The position numbers and the translations under genes are program-made. The notes beneath the pieces were generated by a model that ran no database searches, had not been told where the DNA came from, and was given only the letters and a program-made list of their open reading frames with translations. A stretch of DNA of 64,000 bases from Prasinococcaceae sp. CCMP 1430 (Eukaryota; Plantae; Prasinodermophyta): contig RQSC01000630.1 of NCBI GenBank assembly GCA_013416795.1, positions 165,742-229,741 on the forward strand. Reading direction: 5' to 3'. Positions 44,138 through 54,985 of the stretch are shown one piece after another. Every line of letters starts with the position of its first letter. Within the stretch, counting starts at the first letter, position 1.

Positions 44138-45655
44138 TCACGCCACGTTTGCGAAGATGTAGTTCGCGATGGCCTGCAGCGCGGTGGCGACAAGCACGAA
44201 CAGCTTGGCTGCGCCCTTGCTCACGAAGGCGGCCGCCAGCGCGATGAGCTCAAGGAAGTTCTTCGCTGACACGAGCTCACCCTTGTACGCACGCACCGCG
44301 TCCTTGCCGCGGTCCTTGCGCGCCTGTCGCTCGGCCTGCGCCTTCGCTTCGGCAGCGCTCATGCGCGCCTCGGCCTCCTCGCGCGCCTTGCGCTCCTCTG
44401 CCAGCTGCTGTTGGCGCGCCGCCGCAGCCTCCTGTGCGCGCGCCTTGGCGGCACTCTCCGCCTCCGCCTGCGCCGCCGCCTTGGCGGCGGCTTCGGCCTC
44501 CTCGGCCGCCGCCTTCGCGGCCGCCTCCTTCGCCGCGGCCTCCTTCGCCGCAGCCTCCTTCGCCGCCGCCTCCTTCGCCGCCGCCTCCTTCGCCGCCGCC
44601 TCCTTGGCTGCGGCCTCCTTTGCCGCAGCCTCGGCCTCGGCCTCCGCGTCCGTCACCCCAGCCTCCGCGCTGGCATCGTCGGCGGCGACGGTGCCGGAGG
44701 CCTCAGCGGCGGCCTGCTGCGCCTGCGCCTGCTCTGCCGCCGCCGTTGCGGCAGCGGCTGCAGCCGCGCGCGCCGCCGCGGCATCGGCCGCTGCCTTCTC
44801 GGCGGCGGCCGCCCGCTCCGCGGCCTCCTGCTCAGCCTTCTGCCTCGCCGCCGCCTGCTCCTGCTCAGCCTTGGCTTTCGCAGCGGCAGCCTCTTCCGCC
44901 TTGGCCTTGGCGGCCTCGGCAGCGGCGCGCTCCTCCGCGGCCTCCTTCGCCGCGGCGGCCTCCTTCGCCGCGGCGGCCTCCTTCGCCGCGGCGGCCTCCT
45001 TCGCTGCTGCGTCGGCCTCGTCGCGCATGCCAGCGACGGCGCTCGACGCACCGCTCGACGTGCTGGATGCGGAGGCGCGTGCACGGCGCGCCGCCTCCTG
45101 CGCCTCGGCCGCGCGGATGTTGGCCTCAGCGCGCTGACGCGCCTACGCTCGCACGCACAGAGCGCGCCGCTGTCAGCTCGATTCTCCGCATGGCTCGCGC
45201 GTCGCAGCGTTTTTTGCTCGGGTGCGCGCACGTACCAGGAGCTCGGAGTCCTCGATGCGCTGCTTGAGGGCGTCACCGTCGGATGTGATTGCGCCACCGC
45301 TCTTCTTCGCCGGGGCTGGCTTGGCCTCCTTGGCGGGAGGGGGAACCTTGGGCGGCGGCGCGGGGGCGTCGCCTGCGGCCTCGAGCGCCTTGAGGCGCTC
45401 CTTCTCCGCCTGGATCTGCGCCAGGCGCTTGGCGCGCTTCTCCTTCATCTTCTCAAGGTCAACGGCGGCCACGTCTGCGAGCGCGGGGTTGCTCAGGGCA
45501 TCGGCCGCTGCCAGCGCGGGCTGGGCGGCCATGAAGCCCGCGAGGAGCGCGGCGCCGGCCGCGTTCGCCGCGCCCTCGCCGCCGAGACCCCGCCGCCGCC
45601 GCGCGCTGGTCGCCACCCGCCGCGCGCGCGCCGCTCCCGGGCGATGCGCGAGCAT
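44138..45655 (-). CDS. Putative Tat-targeted thylakoid protein with EAAAK helical repeats; exons 45655-45236 and 45142-44138
   Basis: Leader ...SARRRRGLGG...AALLAGFMAAQPALAA; phase-0 intron; (EAAAAK)3 and (EAAAK)8; C-terminal hydrophobic helix. Confidence 0.75.
44513..44632 (-). repeat. Coding 15-bp tandem repeat x8 encoding (EAAAK)8
   Basis: Eight units counted in the DNA, with synonymous differences between units. Confidence 0.92.
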
Positions 45656-46859
45656 GCGTTTTGATAACCCTCTTATCCACTCGCGCGCGCCGGAATCACC
45701 CGCTGCGCCGCACGGCGCGCGGCGCGCCGGAATTGATGGCGCCCCCGGCGCTGCTAACCCCGGTCCGATCGCTGTACGTAGGGGTCAAGGAACCACCCTC
45801 CCAGAAATACCCGGGTTAGAACGCGAGCGAAATCCGTTTGCCACGGGCGCTTTGGCCGAGCGAGGGGCCGTGTGGCGCAGCGCGCCGCTGCCTGCCGCCG
45901 CGAGGGAGCGCGCGCTGAGCGTGGTGATGGGTGCGGGCAGGTCGCAGGTCGCAGGCCGTCCTGGCGCTGCTCTCCCGTCGTTCAAGTTGACACACTTCGC
46001 CTTAACGGACTGCTTCTAAGGTATACGCTTCGGCCGTGACCTCAGCGTCACCTCAGTCAGAGCCATCAGACGGTGGAGGCCTGCGATATGGCATACTGTA
46101 TGCGCTGTCGCGCTCTGGATCCGTTGGGGTCTCGCCCTCGAGATCATCACGCGCGCCTGGCGGCCCAGCCTGCCGTTGGGATTTTTTAGGGGGGAGGCGG
46201 AGGGTCCTGGCCCGCAGGTCAATGTGAAGGCTCCCGCGCGCTGCGCCGGGCGCCGCCGCGCAACACGTCACCTCGCACGCACGTGTGCGCCGCACGCGCT
46301 CTGACGGGGCATCTCGGCAGACGCCCGATTGTTGCGAATCCTCTCGCCCGAACGAGGCGCTATATTCTGAAATGCGGCACAGTGAACCAGGAATCCATGC
46401 GGTATTCTGAGTGGAACCCCGGTGCGCGCGTGTCAACGGCCACGCGCCCGCACACACGTTGTTGATGTTTGTTCCGCACGGAGCGCCCGCGGCGTGCCAT
46501 CACACGTCCCATCAACGTACACACCGATGCGCGCGCGCGATATCTTTTGATGAAGATTCTCCATGGCGCGGGCGCGAGGTCGGAACGCACGCGGCGTTTT
46601 TTTTTTTTTTGGCCGCGCGGCGCATTTCGATTTCGCGCGGCCCGCGCGCTCCTCGCCGGCCGGCCGGGCGCGTCGCCGCTGCGTTCCGATGGCATCTTCG
46701 GTTCGCATTTGTCGCGCGCTTCGGCTTTCGCTTCCGCTCCCGTTTTTTTTTGCGTCCCGCGGCGTCGGGGCGCGCGAAACGAGCGCCCACCGAAAACACG
46801 CGCGGCGCCCCTTGCGGCGAACAGTGCGCGCGCCGCCGCGCCCGTGGCGCGGCGCATGC

Positions 46860-47853
46860 NNNNNNNNNNNNNNNNNNNNNNNNNNNNNNNNNNNNNNNNN
46901 NNNNNNNNNNNNNNNNNNNNNNNNNNNNNNNNNNNNNNNNNNNNNNNNNNNNNNNNNNNNNNNNNNNNNNNNNNNNNNNNNNNNNNNNNNNNNNNNNNNN
47001 NNNNNNNNNNNNNNNNNNNNNNNNNNNNNNNNNNNNNNNNNNNNNNNNNNNNNNNNNNNNNNNNNNNNNNNNNNNNNNNNNNNNNNNNNNNNNNNNNNNN
47101 NNNNNNNNNNNNNNNNNNNNNNNNNNNNNNNNNNNNNNNNNNNNNNNNNNNNNNNNNNNNNNNNNNNNNNNNNNNNNNNNNNNNNNNNNNNNNNNNNNNN
47201 NNNNNNNNNNNNNNNNNNNNNNNNNNNNNNNNNNNNNNNNNNNNNNNNNNNNNNNNNNNNNNNNNNNNNNNNNNNNNNNNNNNNNNNNNNNNNNNNNNNN
47301 NNNNNNNNNNNNNNNNNNNNNNNNNNNNNNNNNNNNNNNNNNNNNNNNNNNNNNNNNNNNNNNNNNNNNNNNNNNNNNNNNNNNNNNNNNNNNNNNNNNN
47401 NNNNNNNNNNNNNNNNNNNNNNNNNNNNNNNNNNNNNNNNNNNNNNNNNNNNNNNNNNNNNNNNNNNNNNNNNNNNNNNNNNNNNNNNNNNNNNNNNNNN
47501 NNNNNNNNNNNNNNNNNNNNNNNNNNNNNNNNNNNNNNNNNNNNNNNNNNNNNNNNNNNNNNNNNNNNNNNNNNNNNNNNNNNNNNNNNNNNNNNNNNNN
47601 NNNNNNNNNNNNNNNNNNNNNNNNNNNNNNNNNNNNNNNNNNNNNNNNNNNNNNNNNNNNNNNNNNNNNNNNNNNNNNNNNNNNNNNNNNNNNNNNNNNN
47701 NNNNNNNNNNNNNNNNNNNNNNNNNNNNNNNNNNNNNNNNNNNNNNNNNNNNNNNNNNNNNNNNNNNNNNNNNNNNNNNNNNNNNNNNNNNNNNNNNNNN
47801 NNNNNNNNNNNNNNNNNNNNNNNNNNNNNNNNNNNNNNNNNNNNNNNNNNNNN
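46860..47853. other. Scaffold gap (994 N)
   Basis: Read directly. Confidence 0.99.
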
Positions 47854-48075
47854 GCGGATTTGCATTTGAACGCGGGCGCCGGCGGCGGCCGAACGGCCGC
47901 ACGGACGGCGAGGGAGGGGCGCGCTGCTGCCGCCCGCGCGTGCCGTGCTGACGCAGCTCGATCACGCCGCACACCACCGCCACCGCCACCTACGCGCGCG
48001 CGCCGTGCCAACCTCCCCGCGCGCATCCCTTTTGACCTGCGCATTCAAATGAATGCACCGCCGCGCGCCGAGTAG

Positions 48076-48708
48076 AAGGTCGCCGAGGAGTGGAAGAAGA
48101 TCACCGACAAGCAGAAGCAGAAGTACCAGAAGCTCGCCGACGACGACAAGGTTCGCTTCACCGAGGAGGAGGGTGAGTTCGCGCGCCGCCTGCGCACGCG
48201 CGGCGGCCGCGGCCCATGCAGTCGGCTGCGCGGGCGCGGTCGTCCGTCCCGTCCCCTGCCGGCGCGCTGACAGCTGCTGGCTCGCGCGCGCACAGGCGTG
48301 TGGAAGGCCGCGGGTGGCGTGAAGAAGTCCAAGAAGGTGCGTCGGCGGCAGTCGCGCACGCTTCTCCGCGCACGCGCGCGAATGCCCCGCGTGGTGTGCA
48401 CAGCGCGCTGACCCCCGGCGGCTGCCCCTGCTGCCGCAACGCTCGAGCAGAAGAAGAACAAGAAGGCCAAGGACCCCAACGCCCCCAAGCGCCCGCAGAC
48501 GGCCTTCTTCGCGTTCGCCGCGGCCAACCGCCCCAAGCTGCTCGAGGCAAACCCCGAGCTCAAGGGCAAGGTCACCCAGATCACCACCCTGCTGGGCGAG
48601 CGCTGGAGGAGCCTCACCGACGAGGAGAAGAAGCCCTTCGTCAAGGCGGCCATCCAGGACAAGGCGCGCTACGAGAAGCAGATGGCGACCTACGTCAAGC
48701 CCCAGTAG
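48076..48708 (+). CDS. HMG-box protein (two boxes; 5' part missing); exons 48076-48172, 48296-48336, 48451-48708
   Basis: EEWKKITDKQKQKYQKLADDDKVRF; KDPNAPKRPQTAFFAF...LGERWRSLTDEEKKPF...DKARYEKQM. Confidence 0.92.
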
Positions 48709-49315
48709 AGCGGTCGCTTCCCGAAAGGAGCAAGGCCCGCGGCGGCCTTCTCTCTAGTCCATACCGCACGCGTGCGCATGAGGGCGCCCTCGCGCCGCGC
48801 CCACCCGGCGCGCCGTGCGCGCCCCTCAGGCGTGGCTGCGCATCACGAGTTGAGTGCCTCGCCGGAAAGACCAGTAATGCACTCCTCGCGTTCGATATAC
48901 AATCGACATCCGAGCGCGAATGGTGAGCCACGCCCGCGCCATCGCCCACCCGCCGTACACGGTCTCGTGAGTCCAATTCGAGCCCCCGCGGTTGTAACGG
49001 CTCCCAGATCCGCCTTCCAAAATGCGCTTTCCGCGTTTTTTGAGTGCGCGATGACGTGCGTACCGAAAGCACGCCATCGAAAAAGCGAGCGGTTCCCCCC
49101 GAGTGCGCGCACGACAGCGCGAGTCGCGCCACTCCGCGCGCCGCCGCGCGCGCGCGCGCTGCGGACGGGAAAGGGGGGTTGGAGGTGGCTGAGGCGGGGA
49201 CGGTGGTCCTGCACCAGATCCGGGGCTACTGCGTCACGAAGGCGGCGGTGGCGCCGCGGCTGCGCCGCTGTCGGGGCGGGGCTGGGCGCGCGTGTCGGCG
49301 GCAGCGCCTTGGTCG

Positions 49316-51379
49316 ATGGACGTGCACTCGCGGCTTGCGACGCGCGCGGCGGCGTACAAGGTCCTTGGCGTGCGGGCGGGCGCTGCGCTCACGCCGAGGG
49401 CAGCGCGCGGCGCGTACCGCCGCGCGGCAGCGCGGTGCCACCCTGATGGCGCAGTGCCAAATGCCGTGGCTTTCGCGCGGCTTCAGGACGCGCTCGCTGA
49501 TGTTCTCGCTGACCTCGAGGGGGCCAGGGACCCCCGTCGGTGCGCGAGGGATAACGACGAAGCCAATGCTGGCGAGTACGCGCATTCCGAGGAGGCCAAC
49601 AGCGATGCCATGGGTGCGGATGCAGATATCACTGCAGGCACGACGCCGAGCTCGCCCACGGCACTCGCTGAGGCCGCGCGAAAGAAGGGCAACGCGGCGT
49701 ACGCGGCAGGCGACGCGGCGAGCGCCGTCGAGCTGTACGCCGAAGCATTGTCATGGAGCCCGCGCGACGCTTCGGCACACTCTAATCTATCGGCGGCAGC
49801 GCTTGCGGTGGGCGACGCGGCTGTGGCCGTGCGCGCTGCCGAAAGCGCCGCCGCGCTGCGGCCGACGTGGGCAAAGGCGCACTATCGCCTCGGTAAGGCA
49901 GCCGGAGCCGCAGGCGATAACGCCGCGAGTGCGGTGGCCTACCGCCGCGCGATAGAGATCGAACCGGCGCTCGCCGACGGTGAAGCCGGCGCGGCGCTCG
50001 CTCTCGCCGAAGCAGCAGCAGCGGGCGATGCGTGCCGTGCAGTGCTCATCGGTCATCGAGCGACCGTGTACGCGGCCGCGTTCGCGCCGGGCGGTCGGTT
50101 GCTGGCCACTGCCAGCCTCGACGGCACCGCGAGGTTGTGGGACGCGACGACAGGCCTGTGCATGCGCGCGCTCGCGGGTCACGAGGACAAGGTCACGCAC
50201 GTCGCATGGGCGCCGGCTGGTAGGCAACTGCTCGCGACGGCTTCGGTTGACAGGTCGGTACGCTTGTGGGATTGCGTCGACATTGGGGCAGGTGTAGCGT
50301 GCGTGGCCGTGCTCGCGGGACACGAGGGCAGGCCCACCTCGCTCTCATGGGGCGCGTCGCATGTAGCAGGGGGCGAAGACGCGCCCGCCCTGCACCTCGT
50401 GACGTCATCGACTGATGGAACGGCGCGCCTGTGGGTGGAAGATGCTCCCGCCGGGGCGGCGAGTGCAGCAAACATGGGCGAAAATGCCAAGGGCGCGGAG
50501 GAAGGAAAGCCTGCGTGGCGCTGCGCGCGCGTGTACCGCCCGGGAAGGGAGGGCATCCTGCCTTGCGCCGCATACGAACCGTGCGAGCGCCTGGTGGCTG
50601 CAGTCTCAGGCAAGGCGGTGGACATGTGGCACGTGAAGCTGCCGACGCGGCCGTCAGAGGAGGAGCTGAGCACACAGGCGGCTCGGGGGGAGTGCGCGCT
50701 GGCAGAAGCGACGGACAATAGGGAGTCAGCCCTCGTGGCGGATGGCAGCATCGAGTGGCGTGAGGATGGACTAGTGCACCACGCGGCGTGGTCGCCGCCA
50801 GCCCAGCTCAACGCGTACGCTGGAGGTACGGGTAGCGCACGGCGCGTGCTCGCGACGTGTCACTACAAGGGCGAATGGGGCAGCGGGCGCGTGCTCGTGT
50901 GGGACGCGGCCAAGCTGCGCGGCGGCGCCCCTGCGGCCCCGTGCCGCCGCTTGGAGAACCTCCGAGGCAAGGCCGAGTGCGTGCACTTTGCTGCGATGCC
51001 AAGCTGCGAAGATGGCGGGCAGGACTGCGTGCTCATGTCCGTCGCGTGCTCGGACGGTACGGTGCGCGTGTTCGACGTAAGCGAGGGCGTCAATGTGCTT
51101 GAGCTCGTCGATGAGCACTCGCTTGGGCCGAACAAGGCTGCCTCTGTTCTCTCGTGCGCTCTTTGTGTGCGCGGCAACAGGGTACTGCTGGCAACAGGGG
51201 GTATCGACGGGCGCGTCAAAGTCTTTGACGGCGAGGAGGGCACCCGCCTCGCGAGCCTACCCGCGGGCACGGGCCATGTCAAGGCGCTGGCATGGTCGCC
51301 GGCGGGAGACGCGCTCGTGAGCGCCGGCACGAGTGACGGCGGTGCCAGGCTCTGGGATGCCAGTAATTGGTGGGAATAG
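49316..51379 (+). CDS. J-domain + TPR + WD40-repeat protein
   Basis: YKVLGV...YRRAAARCHPD; KKGNAAY...SNLSAA...WAKAHYRLG; repeated GH...WAP...LATASxDxTxRLWD units. Confidence 0.88.
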   Translation: MDVHSRLATRAAAYKVLGVRAGAALTPRAARGAYRRAAARCHPDGAVPNAVAFARLQDALADVLADLEGARDPRRCARDNDEANAGEYAHSEEANSDAMGADADITAGTTPSSPTALAEAARKKGNAAYAAGDAASAVELYAEALSWSPRDASAHSNLSAAALAVGDAAVAVRAAESAAALRPTWAKAHYRLGKAAGAAGDNAASAVAYRRAIEIEPALADGEAGAALALAEAAAAGDACRAVLIGHRATVYAAAFAPGGRLLATASLDGTARLWDATTGLCMRALAGHEDKVTHVAWAPAGRQLLATASVDRSVRLWDCVDIGAGVACVAVLAGHEGRPTSLSWGASHVAGGEDAPALHLVTSSTDGTARLWVEDAPAGAASAANMGENAKGAEEGKPAWRCARVYRPGREGILPCAAYEPCERLVAAVSGKAVDMWHVKLPTRPSEEELSTQAARGECALAEATDNRESALVADGSIEWREDGLVHHAAWSPPAQLNAYAGGTGSARRVLATCHYKGEWGSGRVLVWDAAKLRGGAPAAPCRRLENLRGKAECVHFAAMPSCEDGGQDCVLMSVACSDGTVRVFDVSEGVNVLELVDEHSLGPNKAASVLSCALCVRGNRVLLATGGIDGRVKVFDGEEGTRLASLPAGTGHVKALAWSPAGDALVSAGTSDGGARLWDASNWWE

Positions 51380-51424
51380 TATTCAGTATACAGGTGCATT
51401 GCTAGTTGTACAGGGCAATTTCGG

Positions 51425-51906
51425 TCACGCGGCATAGTCATAGCAGCTCAGCCCCTCCGTGCACTCGATATTATCGTCAGCGCCCGCACCCATGAGGGCG
51501 TCGGCGAGCTCATGGTGCCCGCCCGCGAACGCCATGTGGAGTACGGTGTGACCTGACTTGTTTTGCGCATTGAGCAACGCGCCGGCGCCGGACGACAGCA
51601 ACATACTCACGATCTCGCGATTGCCATACCTCGCAGCGACCATCAGCAACGTGTTTCCGCTCTCGTTTGTTGCGAGCGGGCCGCCGCGCAACACTGGCAG
51701 GAGCTTGCGTAGGCGGTTGGGCTTGTTCCGCGCGGCGGCTTTGAATGCCTTCTTCAGCAAGGCGGCGGCGGCCGCGGCCGCATCGCCGCCCTCGTCGCCC
51801 ACCGCCGAGCGGTACGTGCTCGCGAGCGTCGAGTCCGAGCGCGCGCTCACCATTTCGTCGAGATCACTGATCGCACTCCTGAAGGAATCCTGCTCGTAAT
51901 ATCCCA

Positions 51907-51939
<33 letters not shown>

Positions 51940-53170
51940 TCTGCTGCTCAAGCTGCCTAAAGTAGAGCTGCATCGGAGGTACCCCGCGCCCACGTCCACC
52001 CGGCCCGAAATTCGCCTGTATTTGCGTCGAGTACGGAAGCGCCTGCCCGCTGCCTGCTGCGCCTCCCCCAGCACCCAAGCGCTGGGCTTCGCCCACAGCG
52101 AGAGGTGGCACCGGAGGCTTACCGCCGCGACAACCTTCCAGGCCGCCGAGTCCCCCGTTGTGGGGAGACGGCGCCTGGCTGTGGTGCTGCGCGTGGGGCG
52201 GAGGAGGCGCGGTCTGTTGTTGGGGCTGCGCATACGCGCGCGAGGGCTGCTGCTGCTGCTGCTGCTGCTGGCCCGGGGGTGTGAGCAAGTCGTCGAGGGC
52301 GACCTGATGCATCGGCGTGGGCGTCGCCTCATCCACCCATTTTTGCCGCTCGTGCCGCTTCCAGCGAGCCTGCGGCGTGGCGTCTTCCAGCGATTCCTGT
52401 GGGAGCCTCTCCGCTGCGGCCAGCTGCCCGGCGACGGCCTGGCGTTGCGCCGCAATGGCCTCGCGGCGCTTGCGGAGGGTGACCATTTCCGGATCGTCGT
52501 CATCGTCTGAGACCAGCGCGCTTGTCGCACGAGCGGCCTTCACTTCCATCGTCAATGCCTCTCGACGCTGCCGCAGCTGCTCAAGTTCGCGCTGCTGCTT
52601 TTGCGATTGCTGTTGGTGCTGCTTTGGAGGCAGCGACTGCGATGTGGAGACGCTGCCCGTCCGCGGACTTGGCGCGGGGATCGGCGCCGCTGCCTTCGCA
52701 CCGTGCAGCATTCGTAGGTGCGCACGTGCGCTGACCGCCGACGACGCCCCGTTATCCAGACGCGGGGTGAGATTCATCGTGCTCCCCACCAGCGCGGCCG
52801 CAGGCTCTGCTGCAAGCGGTGCGAGCGCGCCGTCGTCTTCACTGGCAACGGCGAGCGCTCTAGCCAGAGGGTTTGGACTGCCGCCTGCGCTGGATCCCCC
52901 CAGCGACTTCCTCGCCTTGGCCTGCCGCACGGCCTCCTCCATGCCGTCGCCGTCACTTTCCGACCCCGAGTCACCCCCATCGCCCTCCTCGTCCGACGAC
53001 AGCTGTGGGCAGTCCACGCCCGGCGCGCTTCCCCCCATCGCGGCGTAGCTCACGCGCGAGAGGTCGAGCGACGGCAGCGGCGGCAGCCCGGCGAGGCTGC
53101 TAATCCCGCCGCGCGCGCCGCCGCCGCCGCCGCCGCCGCCGGAGGCGGCCGCGTCGTAAAGCGGAAGCAC
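51425..53170 (-). CDS. Disordered polyQ protein with C-terminal ankyrin repeats (start uncertain)
   Basis: GNTLLMVAARYGNREIVSMLL, GHTVLHMAFAGGHHELADAL. The ORF opens at GTG; an acceptor-like TTTTGTAG lies near 53240. Confidence 0.82.
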
Positions 53171-53809
53171 GCCGCAGCGCGCGTGGCCGCCCGGGGGCTC
53201 CGCGAGCGCGCGCGCGCTGTGGCGGGTGCACCGGTCGCCTACAAAAAAAAACTTTTCGGCTCATTTTCGTTCGAAAAGAAAGTGCCCACTTTTTTGGTGG
53301 GGGCGCGCGCGAAACGTTGCGCCGCGAAATCGCGGGGGGCGCGCGCCGCGCCGGAAATTGAAGTCGCGATACGAGGTAAAACCGCAACAGGGACGGAAAA
53401 CGCGCCCGCGCATTTTGCATCCGTCCCCATACCCTGGCGCGGCGAGTGCGTTTGTGTTCGCCCAATCGGGAATTTAAGGTTGAAAGCAACTAGGGTCCAC
53501 ATACATGGTCAAAACGCACGCTTTTGCCATTGGTGGCGATTTCAAACGCGCGCGACCGTTCGCGCGCGCGCGCGCGCGTGCGCGTAGGCGCGCGGGCAGG
53601 CCGCTGTGGCGCCACACTGCAGGCGGCGCACGCAGCGACCCAGCCTCGCGCGCGCACAGGACGGAGAAAAGAGCGGCGAGCTCGGGGTATCCGACGCGTA
53701 CGCGTGCGCGCGCGCGCGCGCGCGCGAGGAGACGCTCGCTTTTTGGGCCGGCCGTCCTTCTCGCCACTTGTTCTGTGCGCAGACGCAACGCCCAGCGAGT
53801 GCCGGCGTG

Positions 53810-54718
53810 ATGTCGAGCGCCCCGGCGAGGGCCGCCGTGCCCGGGGCGGGTGTGGCGATCAAGAAGCGCAAGCAATCCAAGGCCGCCGCCGCGGCGGCTG
53901 CTGCCGCGGCAGAGGCTGCCGCCGCCGCTTCCGTCGCCGCGCAGGCGCAAGCGGCCGCTGCGTTGCCCGCGCGCCGCGCCGGTGACGGTGCAGTCGCTTT
54001 GGTGCAGCACGTGCCCTACAACGGCGTTGACATGGCGGGCTACCCGATGCCGGCGCCCGGGGCGGCGCCGTTTCACGACGATCTCCCTACGGACGCGAGT
54101 GAGGACCGCAGGCTCATGTCGCTGCTCGAGACGACATGTCGCGAGGAGCGAAACAATGTGTCGCTCGCATTTGCGGGCACGGCACCGGCGGCGGCGCCCG
54201 CTGTTGCTGAGGCACTCGACGAGTTCCTGCTGCAGGCGGAGGAGCTGCTCCTGCGGCGACGCGTGGCGGTGGGTCGCAACAGCGGCGGAGCACTGGAGGG
54301 GCGGCTCGAGGCGCACAAGGCGCAGCTGCGCGCGGCGCTCGCACAGTTCAAAGAGGAGGAGGCCGCGTGGACGAGGCTGGTCGAACAGCAGGAACACCTC
54401 GCAGCGGGGGCGGCGGAGCAGCAGCAGCAGGTGCGGGCGGCCGAGGTTGCGGCCGCGGGTGCCGTCGACGATGCGGCGGAGGGCATCCCCGAGAAGGGCA
54501 CGCTCCCGGCGGCTGTTGGCGACGCAGAGCGTGCGATTGCGGCACAGGCCGATGCGCTCACTCAGATGGTGAACCAGGCTGAGGCCGCCGCAGACAATGC
54601 GGACGAGCGTGCAAAGGAGCTCGCCGTGCAGATGAGCAAGAACGCATTCGCGCCATTCGTACACGTGGACTCCCCCAATGTGCTCATCCGCAACCTCGTG
54701 AAGCGCGCCACGAGCTGA
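53810..54718 (+). CDS. Hypothetical coiled-coil protein, candidate kinetochore Dsn1/Mis13
   Basis: KKRKQS basic motif; FHDDLPTDASEDRRLMSLL; FKEEEAAWTRL; C-terminal FVHVDSPNVLIR. The CDS is solid; the family call is inference. Confidence 0.6.
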   Translation: MSSAPARAAVPGAGVAIKKRKQSKAAAAAAAAAAEAAAAASVAAQAQAAAALPARRAGDGAVALVQHVPYNGVDMAGYPMPAPGAAPFHDDLPTDASEDRRLMSLLETTCREERNNVSLAFAGTAPAAAPAVAEALDEFLLQAEELLLRRRVAVGRNSGGALEGRLEAHKAQLRAALAQFKEEEAAWTRLVEQQEHLAAGAAEQQQQVRAAEVAAAGAVDDAAEGIPEKGTLPAAVGDAERAIAAQADALTQMVNQAEAAADNADERAKELAVQMSKNAFAPFVHVDSPNVLIRNLVKRATS

Positions 54719-54985
54719 GATGGAGGGCGCTGCGCGGTCGCTCTGTTCGGGGCCGGACGCGGGGATTAGACGCGCGTCAGGTGACCACCGCGCCGGCGCC
54801 GGCGGGGCTCATGACGGCGCGGCGGAGTGACGGTAACAGACACGAGGTGGGAGTGTGCTTCAAGAAGCGTGACGCGCGCGAGGCGGCTTTGGCGCGTAGC
54901 GCGGGCGCGCCAGAGCGGGCGAGGCCTCTATGCACAACTATGAATATACAACACTCGCCGCACTGTGCGCGCGCGGGCGGCAGTC

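Noticed and set aside
46360-48075. ORFs containing long X runs
   Set aside because: They span the 994-N gap.
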